Positions 1 to 12,829 of a DNA stretch of 64,000 nt are shown piece after piece. The notes under the pieces are model-generated. The model saw nothing but the letters and a program-made list of their open reading frames with translations. It searched no databases and was not told the origin of the DNA. This DNA comes from Octopus sinensis (taxonomy: Eukaryota). The number at the start of each line of letters is the position of its first letter. Position 1 is the stretch's first letter. The DNA lies in assembly GCF_006345805.1 (NCBI RefSeq), contig NC_042999.1:35526001-35590000 (forward strand). Direction: 5' to 3'. Both the position numbers and the translations under genes were made by a program.

Positions 1-730
1 TGCAGCATAGCTATGAGTAAACCACTTGAGGGTATGAGATTTGGATGGGTGTTGGGTGTGGAAGAATACACCTCAGATGATAGTTTCAGTCACTTGCCTT
101 AGCCATTTCTGATGGCTTATGGATGAAGCATGTGTGCTGCCAGAGATAGCATAGATTTGGTGGAATTTCAACGAGTCAGCTGACTTAAACTATCTTGGAT
201 CCAAGAGTGATGTATGGTTGGTCATCATAATGATGCAGTAGATGACAAGCCAATAGATGTAGTGACATTGATGGCTTGGTAGAGGTTGGATTTGGAGGTG
301 AGAAAATAGGTAAGGATGTTTGCAGTGTCTATGTGTCAGGAATAAAACAGATAGAAAGTTAAGGACTGTGTACCAGTGGCAGCAATATAGAATGATTGTT
401 GAAATCCGTAAGAAGTTTGACTTAAGAGGGAAGTGACATGAAATAGTTGTCCGGAATTGTTTTTTATTGAAGAAAATGTGTATTTGGAAACGCTAGGAAG
501 GGATATTATATTGAGCCAGATTACCTGGCAGTCTTTGTTAGTGATCACCTAAGAGAGTAGAATCAACATATGTGCAGAGACTTTTGAAAGAGTGTAGCCA
601 GGACAGCAGAGAAGGACTATAAATAGGGGTTGTGAGATTTGTGTCTAAGAGGAATAGAAAGTGTGGTAAAATGTAATTGAATAGGGATTCACAGATTTTA
701 AAAATAGGTAAGAGAATTACCTATTTTTTC
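1..730 (-). mobile_element. Possible very old Penelope RT relic
   Basis: Purine-skewed tract with weak resemblance to the Penelope RT thumb region. Confidence 0.3.
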
Positions 731-914
731 AGTTTGGAGCATTGAAAAGAAGTGTAGATAGTGAGTGACAAATCCTTGTCAGCAGCCATAATTATATAAC
801 AATATTCCTAGTTTTATCAGTTCTCTCTAATGAATTCATAATATAAGTTTATACTGTTATGAATTTCAGTTTTTGTAGATATGATTGATAAGAACAATAT
901 TTTCTTTCTTCCAG

Positions 915-1107
915 TATTAACAAATGTCACCGCCAAATGGCTTCAATTGCTGTAGATGCTGTTCTGGCAGTTGCTGACTTGGAAAGAAAAGATATTAACT
1001 TTGAATTGATAAAAGTTGATGGTAAAGTTGGTGGAAAGCTTGAAGACACTGTTTTAGTTAAAGGAGTTGTTGTGGATAAGGATATGAGTCATCCGCAAAT
1101 GCCCAAA
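915..1107 (+). CDS. CCT5: CCT5 coding exon (193 nt)
   Basis: ttccag|TATTAAC...CCCAAA|gtaagc; INKCHRQM...SHPQMPK. Confidence 0.95.
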
Positions 1108-4100
1108 GTAAGCCTGTTGATCTTTTAACAAGTTTGTTAGTAATTCCAATTTTTATGCAGTCTGTTTTCTAAAACAAGTAAACTACCTTAGAAAGTGAAA
1201 CAGCTCGCAAGATTAATAGCTGATTAACCAAACTGACCAAACATCCAAGCTATTTTAGAACAAACATATGAAATAATGATTAAAATTCTTTTCATCTGTA
1301 AACTGAAGTGGATGTGTATTTATACACATATCTATACATTTATGTATTAAATCAACAACTTTGTACAACATAGAAAATTGTAAAAAAAATTTTTCAAATA
1401 CAATAACTTAGATGTATTTTGTTGAGATTACACCAAATTTCAATTTTATGAGTCTATAATTTTTTATTACAGCAAGTGAAAGATGCAAAAATTGCCATAC
1501 TTACCTGCCCATTTGAACCACCAAAACCAAAAACTAAGCATAAGTTGGATGTCTCATCTGTTGAAGATTACAAAAAATTAAGAGACTATGAAACTGATAA
1601 GTTTAATGAAATGGTTGACCAGGTAATTATAATTTATATAAGCTGTTCTCAAATTTTAGCTTGTATAAATGTTAACAGGTAAATAACATTTTTATCTTCA
1701 CTTCAATTTTTGTGTAATGTACATTTTAATTACATTTACATATATATTTTTATTATAATATTACAGTTAGACAATAATTATCAACACTTTTTTTTTTTTT
1801 TGTTATCTGTATATTCAGAAATTAGAAATCCGTTTTCTTTTTCTAAACATATACAAGGCATTCCTGGACTGATGTGATGTGATGTTGGTGCTTTGATATT
1901 TTTCTACAATTTATATATTAGATACTTCCAGACAGATGTGATCAGTGTTGTTGGTATTCAGCTTAAATTTTTTTGTTGTTGTTGGTTAATAATTTTTATA
2001 TTCACTTGCATAGGTTATACAGGTGTTTTCCAATACAGTGTCTCGCTACTTCTGGGATTCTTTTGCCACCTCCTTTGTACTTTTAGAGTACTCTCCTCCA
2101 CTGCTGATTAGATCACTTAATTGAAGCTATCAACTATTCTGAATATTGGAAAGAATTTATTTTACCTGTGTGCTGATTGCTAACAACTTTTGCCCATCTG
2201 CTGTATGCAAGGTCTTTTTTCTTTGCTAGCCTACTTGTAATTCCACTATACTTCTTGTGCACCCACAGTTTACATTTGATACATTATATGAAATTCTTGC
2301 TCCTTTTCTATATGACACATCCATTTCCCAGATGACAGCAGTCCTATCTTCTTTCCTACTTACTAAAACTTTAGTCTTTGCTAAGTATTTTCTGAGGTCA
2401 CTTCATTCTAGGTTTTGTTTGCAGGACTAAGCAACTGGTCTTAAGATCTGTGTTATAACTTAAAGGAACATAATAAACAGGAATAGGCTGAGAACCAAGA
2501 TTAGATGTACACATACTTGCACACTAAATTCCATACTGAATTGTCACTTTCACTTTCTAACAGCATCTCTATATATGGCCTGCATCACTCTCACAAGACA
2601 TTCATTTATACCTAGTTTTCTTTGAGACCATTAGATAACAGTACCTTTTCAGAGGCCTTCTGCACATCCATGAATACGAGGTATCATGGCAGACTCTGCT
2701 AAAAACTTCTCATAATTGTTACCTTTGGCAGAAAGCATTGTAGTACCCCAACTTGAAACAAATCTAAATTGGTTTTCTTTCTAATCATTTCAATTACTTT
2801 CATAACTTGATCCATCACTCTTATGCTTTTGTAATTGCTTCTTTGTCATTTGCCTTTTTAGCACTCAATGATGGTACTGCTCTGCCAGTTATTGTATTTG
2901 ACACCCCTCTGTACTAACTGGTTGACTTTGTGTGTGACAAACTTGAGTCCTACTCCTCGAGATATTTTCCAGGACACCCTCACACTTCTACTATGTAAAT
3001 TTGTTGTCTAGCTTCTCTTCTGGCTACTTAATATCGTTCTTTGCTGCCCCACTTTTTCCTCATCTTTCCAGACTGTCTTCACCTTTTTTACTCTGTCTTA
3101 TGCATGACACCTGGATTCATTTCATTAGCCTGTACTCTGTTTACTGTAAGGCTTTATTCCCGTGTTTGGATTTTTTCTACACATTCTGCTCTAAGACAAA
3201 GTTGTTAGTGAACAGGAGTTCCCTCAGACAGCCAGCCTTAAATTTTTCTGTTATGGTTTTAAGACAATAAGCAGGAGGTAGCTGAAAGCTGGATCCTGAT
3301 GGACCCCAATGTACATGCTGACTGCACCTGTATATGGCTTGTATGGTCCTCTCGCTACCATCAGATCACAGAACATGGGACCCTATCAAAAACTTCTAGG
3401 TTGATGAATGCTAGATGTAGAGGTTTACTCTCAGCTTCTTTTCTAGTTTTCTGGCACAAAACAAGCTACTTCCTGTTCCTGATTGCTTTTGCAATAACTC
3501 TCTGAAACTTTCATAAGCTGGTTCAGCAGTTTGTTACCTCTATAGATTCCTCTTTCTAGGGCATCTTTGCCCTTCTAGCAATTTACAATGATACTGTTAT
3601 GCTAGGCATTAAATGGCAAGTGGGTAAATTTGTATCTGCTGTGTTTGAGAAGAAAGTTTTGTGCGCATGCTTCTCGTACATTGAGATGTTTTCCACTAAA
3701 TGATTTGCTGTTTCTTCCATTACTCGACAAATTGTAGTTAAGCTTCAATGAAGTAGTAGAAAGTGGGGTCATGTATGCACATAGAGGCTCTATGTGTTCA
3801 TGTTTGATAGGAGTATTATGTGTATGCAATCTTAGAGTGAGGTTGTAGATCAATAATTTGCATTTTATCTATTTAAATGAGTGAATGCATGTGTAAATAT
3901 TCCAAAATGTTTTCATTAAAATTGATTCTGCTTCTCAGTATATATCATGTCTTGTGTACGACACACACCAGTCATACCTATTTTGTTGAAATGATTAGTA
4001 ATCCATTTTTATGCCAATTTCTGACATTGGTTAGTAGTTTTTATTAGTTTAAGATTGACATTGCGTTTTTGACCAATGTCATGGTCATTCTTTAAACCAT

Positions 4101-7100
4101 TTAGAAGTATAATTCTTATAGTATTCAACTATTTGAATGTTTAGTGTGCTAACATAAATCAAGTTTTATCTTTGTATCATTTTAGTTGGATGTCTTATTT
4201 AAAACTAATCTACAGGTATGTGTGGTGTTTTACCTGTGGACATGATATGGAGTTTGTGAAGTGTTGTAGCTTCACTTTATTTAATCAGACTACTATTACT
4301 TAATACATAACTTTTTTTCTGTTTTAGGTAAAATGTACTGGTTGTAACTTGGTAATCTGCCAGTGGGGATTTGACGATGAAGCTAACCACCTGTTGCTTC
4401 AAAAAGAACTGCCTGCTGTCCGCTGGGTTGGAGGACCAGAAATTGAAGTGAGTGGTTGACATTTTTTAACCCTTTTTCTATATATATACCTAAACAATCA
4501 AGACATCAAGAAGTCAGTTATTGTCTCCATTGAATAACATTTTATGATTTATTTTTACTTACAGCACTTAAGCTTGATATTATACTTGAAACAAATTTTA
4601 ACATATTTATAATAAAACTAAGTGTAATTGTTCCCAAACATGGGAACAATTGGTTAGCTCACATTGCTGTCTTTCTTCCATTCCTTCCTCTACTATCACA
4701 CCAACCACTTCTCTCACTTTCTCGCTCTTTAAATAACTCTTCCTTCATATTGTCTTTCTCACAATACCTCACTCTCATTTACTGTCTTGTCTGTATCTTT
4801 TAACCTTTTCATGACTTTTTCATTTTCACTGGCCATTATGTAACTTCACTACCTTTGCCTGAAACTTTATAAATTTTCACTCCAATAGTTTTTAAATTCA
4901 ATAAAAAATAACTTACCATTTCTAGTCATGAAAATATCAAAATGGTTTTGGTATTTATGACAGCAGCTTTCTATACTTAAAAAAAAAAAAAATATAAATA
5001 ATAAATTAATTGTAATTTCTTTCCAGCTCATTGCTATTGCCACTGGAGGTCGTATTGTACCCCGCTTTTCTGAGTTAACAACTGATAAACTTGGGAAGGC
5101 TGGAATTGTCCGTGAACTAACATTTGGAACTACTAAAGATCGCATGTTGGTTATTGAAGACTGCCACAATTCCAAAGCTGTCACTATTTTTATAAGAGGT
5201 GGAAATAAGATGGTAAGTTTTCTGGGAGTTTTCTATATTATTTGGCCATAATAAATAGTATCTAAACTTCTCTCAAATATAACAGTAATTTGTAAACTTT
5301 TTTTATCTTCGAGTAATGTATTCTTCGACTTGATATACATCAATGCGTTTTTATTCATACTTACTTTTTGTACCTGGAGGCATTTGATCCAGTATCACTT
5401 TTAAGCATATATTTGTTTGCATACAAAAGCAAATTTTAAAATGGGTGCAGTTGATGGGTTGGGGTTTTGCAGTATTTTTTTTTTTCCTCCTGAACTACTG
5501 GGAAAATTGAAATAGCTGTTTTGTAGGTACATGAGGGTGGGGGTTTTGGCTAATATGTACAACACATTCACCAGCTGTAGTTCGTTGCAGTTTTCAGATT
5601 CCTCCTCCACCCTCACACTTTTTGTCAGAATTTAAAACCACTTTGACATCACAGATAAGTGCGATGAAAAATAATTGAGAATATTTGGCCCTCTCAAGAT
5701 ATAGCATTATTATGTTGTATCTTGAGAGGGCAAAATCAGTTTCGACATACGATTAGACATCAAAAATCTTGCCAACCTAGTACAAAAATGAACTGTAAGA
5801 ATTTAAAAACATCAAGAAATATAAAGTCAATTATTTTTAATAATGGAACTTGAAGTAGATACAGTTATAGATAATAGCATGTAGAATATTGGGTTAAAAG
5901 ATCTCTTTGATGGAAAAAGTTGGAGGTTGATTGTGGGATTCGAACCCACAGGTAGCCTTTGACTTTTTCCCATCCATGAATCTTTTTTAACCAAGCATTG
6001 TACATTCTTTATTATTTATAGCATAATCTACTTCAAGTTCCACTATTAAAAATTTACTTCATATCTCTCAAAGATTCTAATTTCTTGTGTAATCATCATC
6101 ATCATCTAATGTCCATTTTCCATTGGCATAGGTTGGATGGATTGACAGGAACTGGGTGCTTTTTCTGTGGCACAAGCACTGACAGGGTCATGAAGCACCT
6201 TACTAGACAAAATCCTCTCACTTGGGAGGGGAGTGTGGTATTAAGTGGGTGTGGCTTTATGTTAGTTTAGAGATTTAAGGTATAGAAGGGACAGATAAGG
6301 TGTCTTGTTGTAGTTTAGATACATGGATACCCCAGTTGGAGCACAAAGGTGAGTGACTTAGTAAGATAGAGAGATGAAGGTGAAGATGTTGAGACATGTC
6401 CTTGAGAGACATTGGGGATGGTGAGAATAGGTGTGGTGATATAGAGGCTTTGTTTGGATGAGGTGATTGTTGCAAATGATGGAGAGCAGCACAGGGAGGG
6501 AGGGTGAAGAATGGAGGTGATTGGCGGAGAGAGTAGGTGGGAGAAGAGATGTAGCTGAGAAAGCCAGATGTATATAATGCCTAATCTGCTCTCAAGTGAT
6601 ATAGGAAGAGATGGGTGTCAGGTGATGAAATGTTGTGGGGAGTGAGGTTGACAGAGTAGATAGGTGGAGGTAAGCATTACCAAGGTGGTTTTAGGATATC
6701 AATTTTAAAGTATTGCTTTGTGTAGTGATTAGCTCATCAATCATATTTATGGATGATGTAGGTTCATGTCCTACCAACATCCTTCAACTTTGTTTCCATC
6801 TATGCTATTATTTATAGCTTTATAGTTAAAGATGATTTACAAAAACAAAATATCATTAACATTGTAATAATTGATGATGGACTGACTTTGATGAATATTT
6901 ATAAAATAAATTGTAATTTAATTTATTTTTTAACTTAAGATCATTGAAGAAGCCAAGAGGAGTCTTCATGATGCCTTGTGTGTCATTCGCAATATTTTGA
7001 AAGATAACCGCATTGTTTATGGTGGTGGAGCAGCTGAAATTTCTTGTTCATTGGCAGTGGAGCAGATGACTGACAAAGTAATTTATTTTTCTGTTTATTG

Positions 7101-10034
7101 TTTATTAAAAATAACTTACAGTGTTATAGAACAGCTAAATGGTTCCTGTTTTTGTAAAACTATAGTACCAAGCAATATCATAAGTTGATAAACAAATATT
7201 TGTTACTTATATTCATGCTCAAGCAATGCTAATTATGTATTCTTAGAATTAATGTTTTGTAATGTGTTTTAAATTTTCTCAGAAAATGTTAATTCAGCAT
7301 TATTTTTCATTTACCTTAATTTGTTTTTATATAATAAATTTGTCTTTATCAAACTTTTTCTATTTTTTTAACTGTTTCTATATTAGATTCTTATGGCACT
7401 TGAATTTGTTATGATATTGATAGTAAAAATTGCCCTTTCAGATTTCAACTATTGAACAATATGCTATGAGAGCTTTTTCTGAAGCATTAGAATCAATTCC
7501 ATTAGCTTTGGCCGAAAATAGTGGACTGGCATCCATTCAAACATTATCAGCAGTCAAATCAAGACAATTAAATGAGAAAAATTGCAGACTAGGAATTGAT
7601 TGCTTAAATAAAGGAACTTCAGGTAAGACACATTAACTGTTCCAAATGTTTGTCATTTAAATTCATTGTAATAGTTTTGGTTGACAAATATTTTAATCCT
7701 CTCAATTTAATAAGTTAATTTTAAAAAAAACTAAGAGGAGTTCTCTCTCATACATATTGAGGACAAAACAGTAACGTTTTGGCATCTCCCTCTTTTACTT
7801 GTTTCAGTCATTTGACTGCGGCCATGCTGGAGCACCACCTTTAGTCGAGCAAATCGACCCCGGGACTTATTCTTTGTAAGCCCAGTACTTGTTCTATCGG
7901 TCTCTTTTGCCGAACCACTAAGTGGCGGGGACGTAAACACACCAGCATCGGTTGTCAAGCAATGCTAGGGGGACAAACACAGGCACACACTTATATATAT
8001 ATATATACAACAGGCTTCTTTCAGTTTCCGTCTACCAAATCCACTCACAAGGCATTGGTCGGCCCGGGGCTATAGTAGAAGACACTTGCCCAAGATGCCA
8101 CGCAGTGGGACTGAACCCGGAACCATGTGGTTGGTTAGTAAGCTACTTACCACACAGCCACTCCTGCGCCTATCTTTTTTTTTTTTTTTTTTGTGCCTGC
8201 TTTTCCTTGCTGGCAAAGTTTCAATTAGACTTTTTAGGCAGTATTTTCCAGCCAAATGCCCCCTCATAACAACACCTTATTACATGGATGCCCTTCCTAA
8301 CACCAACCACTTTGCAGTGTTTGCTTTTATAGCACAGGCGCAGGACTTTTGCTGGTCAATCCTCATCACCAGGGGGGTACCAGTCTTAACACGCTGTCCA
8401 GTTTAAAAATCAACATAATAGGTGCAGGCGTGGGTGTGTGGTAAGAAGCTTGCTTTCCAGCCACATAGTTCCGGGTTCAGTCCCACTGCATGGCAACTTG
8501 GGCAAGTGTCTTCTACTATAGCCTTGGGCTGACCAAAGCCTTGTGAATGGATTTGGTAAACAGAAACTGAAAGAAGCCTGTTGAATATGTTTGCATGTCT
8601 GTGTTTGCCTCCCCCTCCCCACCGGGCCATTGTTTGACAATCAATGTTGGTGTGTTTATGTCCCTGTAACTTAGCAGTTCGGCAAAAGATACCGAATAAG
8701 TACTTGGCTTACAAGGAATACGTCCTGGGGTCGATCTGCAGTGCTCCAGCATGGCTGCAGTCAAATGACTGAAACAAATAAAAGAATAATATAATGATCA
8801 TTGGTATATGTTGTGAAAATAGTTTTTACCTGTTATTTTTTCACTTTCACCTGCCCAAATAGGTTGAAAGTTGATTACATATATATATATATATATTTAC
8901 ACAGGTGGCACGTAAAAAGCACCCACTACACTCACGGAGTGGTTGGCGTTAGGAAGGGCATCCAGCCGTAGAAACACTGCCAGATTTGACTGGGCCTGAT
9001 GAAGCCTTCTGGCTTCACAGACCCCAGTAGAACCGTCCAACCCATGCTAGCATGGAAAACGGACGCTAAATGATGATGATGATGATGAAGACATCTGTTC
9101 TTGAGCATTGATTTCTTGTCTCAGATCCGACTTGGTGCTCCAGTTCGTTTCTGTAATTTGGAAGCTGCACAACTTCCATTCGAAAAAGCATTCAAGTATA
9201 TGCCTTCATCTCCTCCATTCAGAGGTTTTCTAAAGCCCAACAAATTAGTCCTATTTACTTTTATTACTATAATTATACTTACCAATATGCTGAGAGGCCC
9301 CACTTTTAAAATATCTCCAAATTTTAACTCACTGCATGAGGTATTAAGTACCATTATGCTCAGAAATAGGAAAAGGAAAAATTCTGAGGAATTCGTTTGA
9401 TAAAAACAAAAAATAAACAAGCAAGAGGTCTTTCGTCAGGGGGTTCTTCCTAAAATACGGTTAACCCTTTTGTTACCAAACCGGCTCTGGCTCTGAGTAC
9501 AAATGTCTTGTTTTCATAAGTTTTGAATTAAAATCTTACACCAAATCTTAGTCACAATTTATGTTCCTAACACTACTAAATTCTTTGTTATATTTAAAAT
9601 TAATTGAAAGAAACACAGAGCATCTCAAAATATATCCAGTAACGAAAGGGTTAAACTCACACAGAAGAGTGCTTTGTTCCAATTTTCAACCCCAAACAGC
9701 AGTATTATATGTATTAGAGTTTTGAACCTGGTTACAGTTGCACTTTCAGCATAGGACTGAAGAATGTACTTCAAACAGACTTTGTAGTTTTTCTATTTCA
9801 ACTCCCCACTTATAAAATAACAGTTTATGGTAATGTAATGAAACAGTAATTTCATGAATTATATGTAATTTTATCTCATGTGAATATTTCTTTTTGTTTC
9901 CAAATGCAGATATGAAAGAGCAACATGTGTTGGAAACACTTACTGCCAAGAAACAGCAGATAATGTTGGCTACGCAGTTAGTTCGTATGATCTTGAAGAT
10001 TGATGATATTAGAGCTCCTGGTGAAATGTATTAA
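915..10034 (+). CDS. CCT5: T-complex protein 1 subunit epsilon (chaperonin CCT5), 3' portion; join(915..1107,1473..1622,4328..4447,5027..5212,6940..7077,7442..7622,9910..10034); 5' exons lie outside the window
   Basis: Spliced translation [40 protein letters not shown]...[15 protein letters not shown]...RWVGGPEIE...[10 protein letters not shown]...[15 protein letters not shown] matches CCT-epsilon as I recall it. All introns are GT-AG and the phases are consistent. Confidence 0.97.
1473..1622 (+). CDS. CCT5: CCT5 coding exon (150 nt)
   Basis: ttacag|CAAGTG...GACCAG|gtaatt; [27 protein letters not shown]...EMVDQ. Confidence 0.95.
1990..3560 (-). mobile_element. Old degraded RTE LINE fragment in a CCT5 intron
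   Basis: Patchy nucleotide similarity to the young RTE copies (gaagctatcaacta, gggaccctatcaaaa); no open frame. Confidence 0.65.
4328..4447 (+). CDS. CCT5: CCT5 coding exon (120 nt)
   Basis: ttttag|GTAAAA...ATTGAA|gtgagt; [40 protein letters not shown]. Confidence 0.95.
5027..5212 (+). CDS. CCT5: CCT5 coding exon (186 nt)
   Basis: ttccag|CTCATT...AAGATG|gtaagt; [17 protein letters not shown]...FIRGGNKM. Confidence 0.95.
6230..6820 (-). mobile_element. Possible degraded Penelope-like relic
   Basis: C-rich minus strand of similar composition to the 56-57 kb element; no intact motifs. Confidence 0.3.
6940..7077 (+). CDS. CCT5: CCT5 coding exon (138 nt)
   Basis: cttaag|ATCATT...GACAAA|gtaatt; [18 protein letters not shown]...[20 protein letters not shown]. 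Confidence 0.95.
7442..7622 (+). CDS. CCT5: CCT5 coding exon (181 nt)
   Basis: tttcag|ATTTCA...TCAG|gtaaga; [28 protein letters not shown]...[10 protein letters not shown]. Confidence 0.95.
7790..8171 (-). mobile_element. tRNA-derived SINE family A (head aggcgcaggagtggctgtgtgg, internal (TA)n, (aaagagt)n tail)
   Basis: A-box-like TGGCTGTGTGG and B-box-like GGTTCAGTCCC; more than 10 copies in the window. Confidence 0.9.
8420..8787 (+). mobile_element. SINE family A, older copy
   Basis: aggtgcaggcgtgggtgtgtgg...gactgaaacaaataaaag. Confidence 0.88.
8905..9087 (+). mobile_element. RTE 3' tail fragment
   Basis: gtggcacgtaaaaagcaccc...catgctagcatgg...(gat)n. Confidence 0.85.
9465..9650. mobile_element. 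piggyBac-type MITE (CCCTTTCGTTAC TIR, TTAA TSD)
   Basis: TIRs and TSD visible; internal sequence shared with the 31283 copy. Confidence 0.85.
9910..10034 (+). CDS. CCT5: CCT5 last coding exon
   Basis: atgcag|ATATG...TATTAA; [41 protein letters not shown]. Confidence 0.95.
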
Positions 10035-10697
10035 ACAAATGCATATAGCTTTTATTTCATTGCTGGCCGAGTCACAAGTTATTTAAAGGTTTTCTTCTAC
10101 CATCTCATGCTATATTCTTTGCAGTCATATTTTGCATAAAATTTGTATACAAAAAAGTTCAGTGGAAAGCAACGTTGCAGCATTTTTTTTTTTATGTATT
10201 TTTTTTTGTTTTTTTTTTTCTCTCTCTCTCTGATTGTTATTAAACACATCTGACATTATTATTATAGTTATTTTCAATTATTCCTCATTTTTTGCCTGCA
10301 AGTAAAATCGTCATGACAAAATGGTTAGCATCAGGAGTTAAAGGATCATCCTCATCACTGCCACTATAGAAAATGCCTTACAAATTCAATGTTTGGAGGC
10401 AGTAGTTTATTTGTTCGTGTCCTTTTGGAAAAGCATGAAATTCATAACCTCTCCTAATATTCACTTTGTGTCTTCTAATTTAAGTCTTTTCAATAGCTTG
10501 GAGATAGGTGAGCTTTGAAAAGTCAACATTGCGCTTCACAAAATGAAAGTCTTTAATGGTTACCTAAATGTTCGTGGGGCATTACATTTACCAAAAGTTC
10601 TCTTCTTCACTTTATACTCAAATAATGTAATCCCCTTTCAAACTGGTTCTGTTATGATATTCCTTCGGTCTATAATGGTAGTCTAAAATATAAACAA

Positions 10698-10982
10698 CTA
10701 GCAGTATCGCCCGGGTTTGTAAGGGAAATAACTATATAAGCATTTTTAGAGAGTTACTTCCCTCATATAACCCGAGCAAAATCATTAAAAATGCAGAAAA
10801 ATGAGGGTAAATTTTTTTTTAAATCGTAGACGCGCACTAATACCCAGAAGGGCTCGATATGAATGACGACTATAAGAAACCCGCTTTTGGTTAAAATGCA
10901 CCGCAAAGTGTGGGAGTAGTTAGGAATCTAACTCGGAGGAGACAGAGTCTCACACACACAACTTCAATTTTATATATAAGGA
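10698..10982 (-). mobile_element. Non-autonomous Helitron-like element
   Basis: Minus strand A|TC...tatatataaaattgaagttgtgtg ... cgggcgatactgCTAG|T. Confidence 0.7.
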
Positions 10983-11409
10983 TTACTTAAGCCATTAAGT
11001 TTAATATCGCTTTCTTGTATACGATGAAATATATGGATAGGATGTATTCCAATTTGACCTGGATTTATTTCTCTTTAATATGAGATCAGAAATTAATATT
11101 GGCTTGGTAGCTTGCCTGTTGTATATGTGTGAATGTTGATATTTCACATGTGAGCAAAGCAGTGCTGATGTTGACATTTTATTTGATTACTCTCTACCTA
11201 TGAAGATCTGTGAAATATAAACATCTCTTGTCTGAAAAGGTAGGTGAGGTTTGGCAAATATCTCCTCATCTAACCCATGCTAGTATGGGAAAATGGACTA
11301 TGAAGGGAAATATTTATTTTAAATTAAGGCTGCATTTGGTCTTTTTCAACAGATTTGATGAATAACACTCATCTGGTTGCAACAATATGCATGAGTGAGT
11401 GTCATTATC

Positions 11410-12520
11410 ATTTAATGTGTGTTGTCCATGCTGGCACCAATTGGGCAGTTTGACCAGGGCTGGCATGGCCGGAGTCCACACCAGGCTCCATTGTCTTTTC
11501 TGGCATGGTTTCTATGACTGGGTACCCTTCTTAATACCAACCACTCCACAAGGGATATTGGGTGCTTTCTATGTCATACCAGCATTGGTATTAATTCTGT
11601 TGTGGCAGGCAGGTCTTCTTGAGTGACAATGACCTCATCTTCGTGGCTGGAGATTTTAATGGGCATGTCACTGGTATCTTCCATGGGGACCATGGAATTG
11701 GTTCCCAAAGCGAAGAGGGAACTGAGCTATTTGGGTTCTATGATGCAAGCAACCTATTAATCTGCAACACCAACTTCAGGAAGCCAGCCACCCGATAACC
11801 TATCAATCAGGCGACTTTGCTAGCCAGATTGATTTCATCTTCACCAGACAGCAGCATGCATGGTTGCTTTTAAATATAAAGACCTTTCCTGGTGAAGAAT
11901 GTACCCCAAGCATAGGCTAGTCATCAATGACATTAGACTCGAGGCCAGAAGGATGCCAAGAAGCAGATCAATCCAGAAAAGGATTTGGAGGCTTAAGAAC
12001 CCATCACATAGTCAGAGATTTAGGCTCATCTTCATTGAGAAATTTGATGAGAGGGAGGAAGAGCTACAGACTTGTGACATAGAGGGTAACTGGAAATTCC
12101 TGTGTGACAGCTTACTGAGTGACACAGACCAAATTTGTGGCTTGTGCAAAATCCCTTCCAGACCTAGGGTAACATGGTGGAATAATACTGTAGACAGGTC
12201 CATTAGAGTAAAGAAACAAGCCTGGAAGAGTTGGGGTGGCAGGAGAACTACCAGATAGCCAGAAGGGAGGCTAGGAGACAGGTATATATAGCCAAGGGAC
12301 AAGCAGAAGATAAGTTTGCCGATGTTCAGTGACATGAGGACCAAAGAACTGAAGTATTTTGGATTGCAAGACTGTGTGAGAATGAATTATGATGTCACAG
12401 GAATGTGTCCACATGGATGATGGTGCACTTGAATTTAATGATTCTGCAAAGAAAGAGGCTTGAAGACGCCATTTGCTGAATGTAGAGAATGAATGGGAGG
12501 AGGAGGGTCTGCCAAACTAC
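11410..12520 (+). mobile_element. Degraded RTE LINE (APE endonuclease and linker), preceded by a minus-strand RTE tail fragment
   Basis: ctcatcttcgtggctggagattttaatgggcatgtc = LIFVAGDFNGHV; ORF 11899 carries the RPRVTWWN motif. Confidence 0.75.
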
Positions 12521-12829
12521 ACACTTGTAAACCAAAAATGGGTTGTTTACATCCTCATAACTTAGAATAAATACCAGACCTAAAAAGTTATTACTGGGTT
12601 CACTTCATTTTACTAAAAACCTTTAAGGCAGTGCTGCAGTCCAATGACTGAAACTGCATTGTACAAAATGCTTGGCAACATTTCTGGCTCTTTAGGTTAT
12701 GAGTTCAAATATTGCTGGGGTCAACTTTGCCTTTCATCCATTCTTCAATAAAATAAGTACCAATCAAGTATTGGGATCAATGAAATTGAATAAACCTCTC
12801 CCCACAAAATTATATACTCCTTGTAGTGA

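Noticed and set aside
5925-5965. tRNA gene
   Set aside because: Only a T-arm/B-box motif is present; no acceptor, D or anticodon arms could be built.
8990-9025. CTGATGA hammerhead-like core in an RTE tail
   Set aside because: No GAAA or stem III follows, and other copies read CTGGTGCA.
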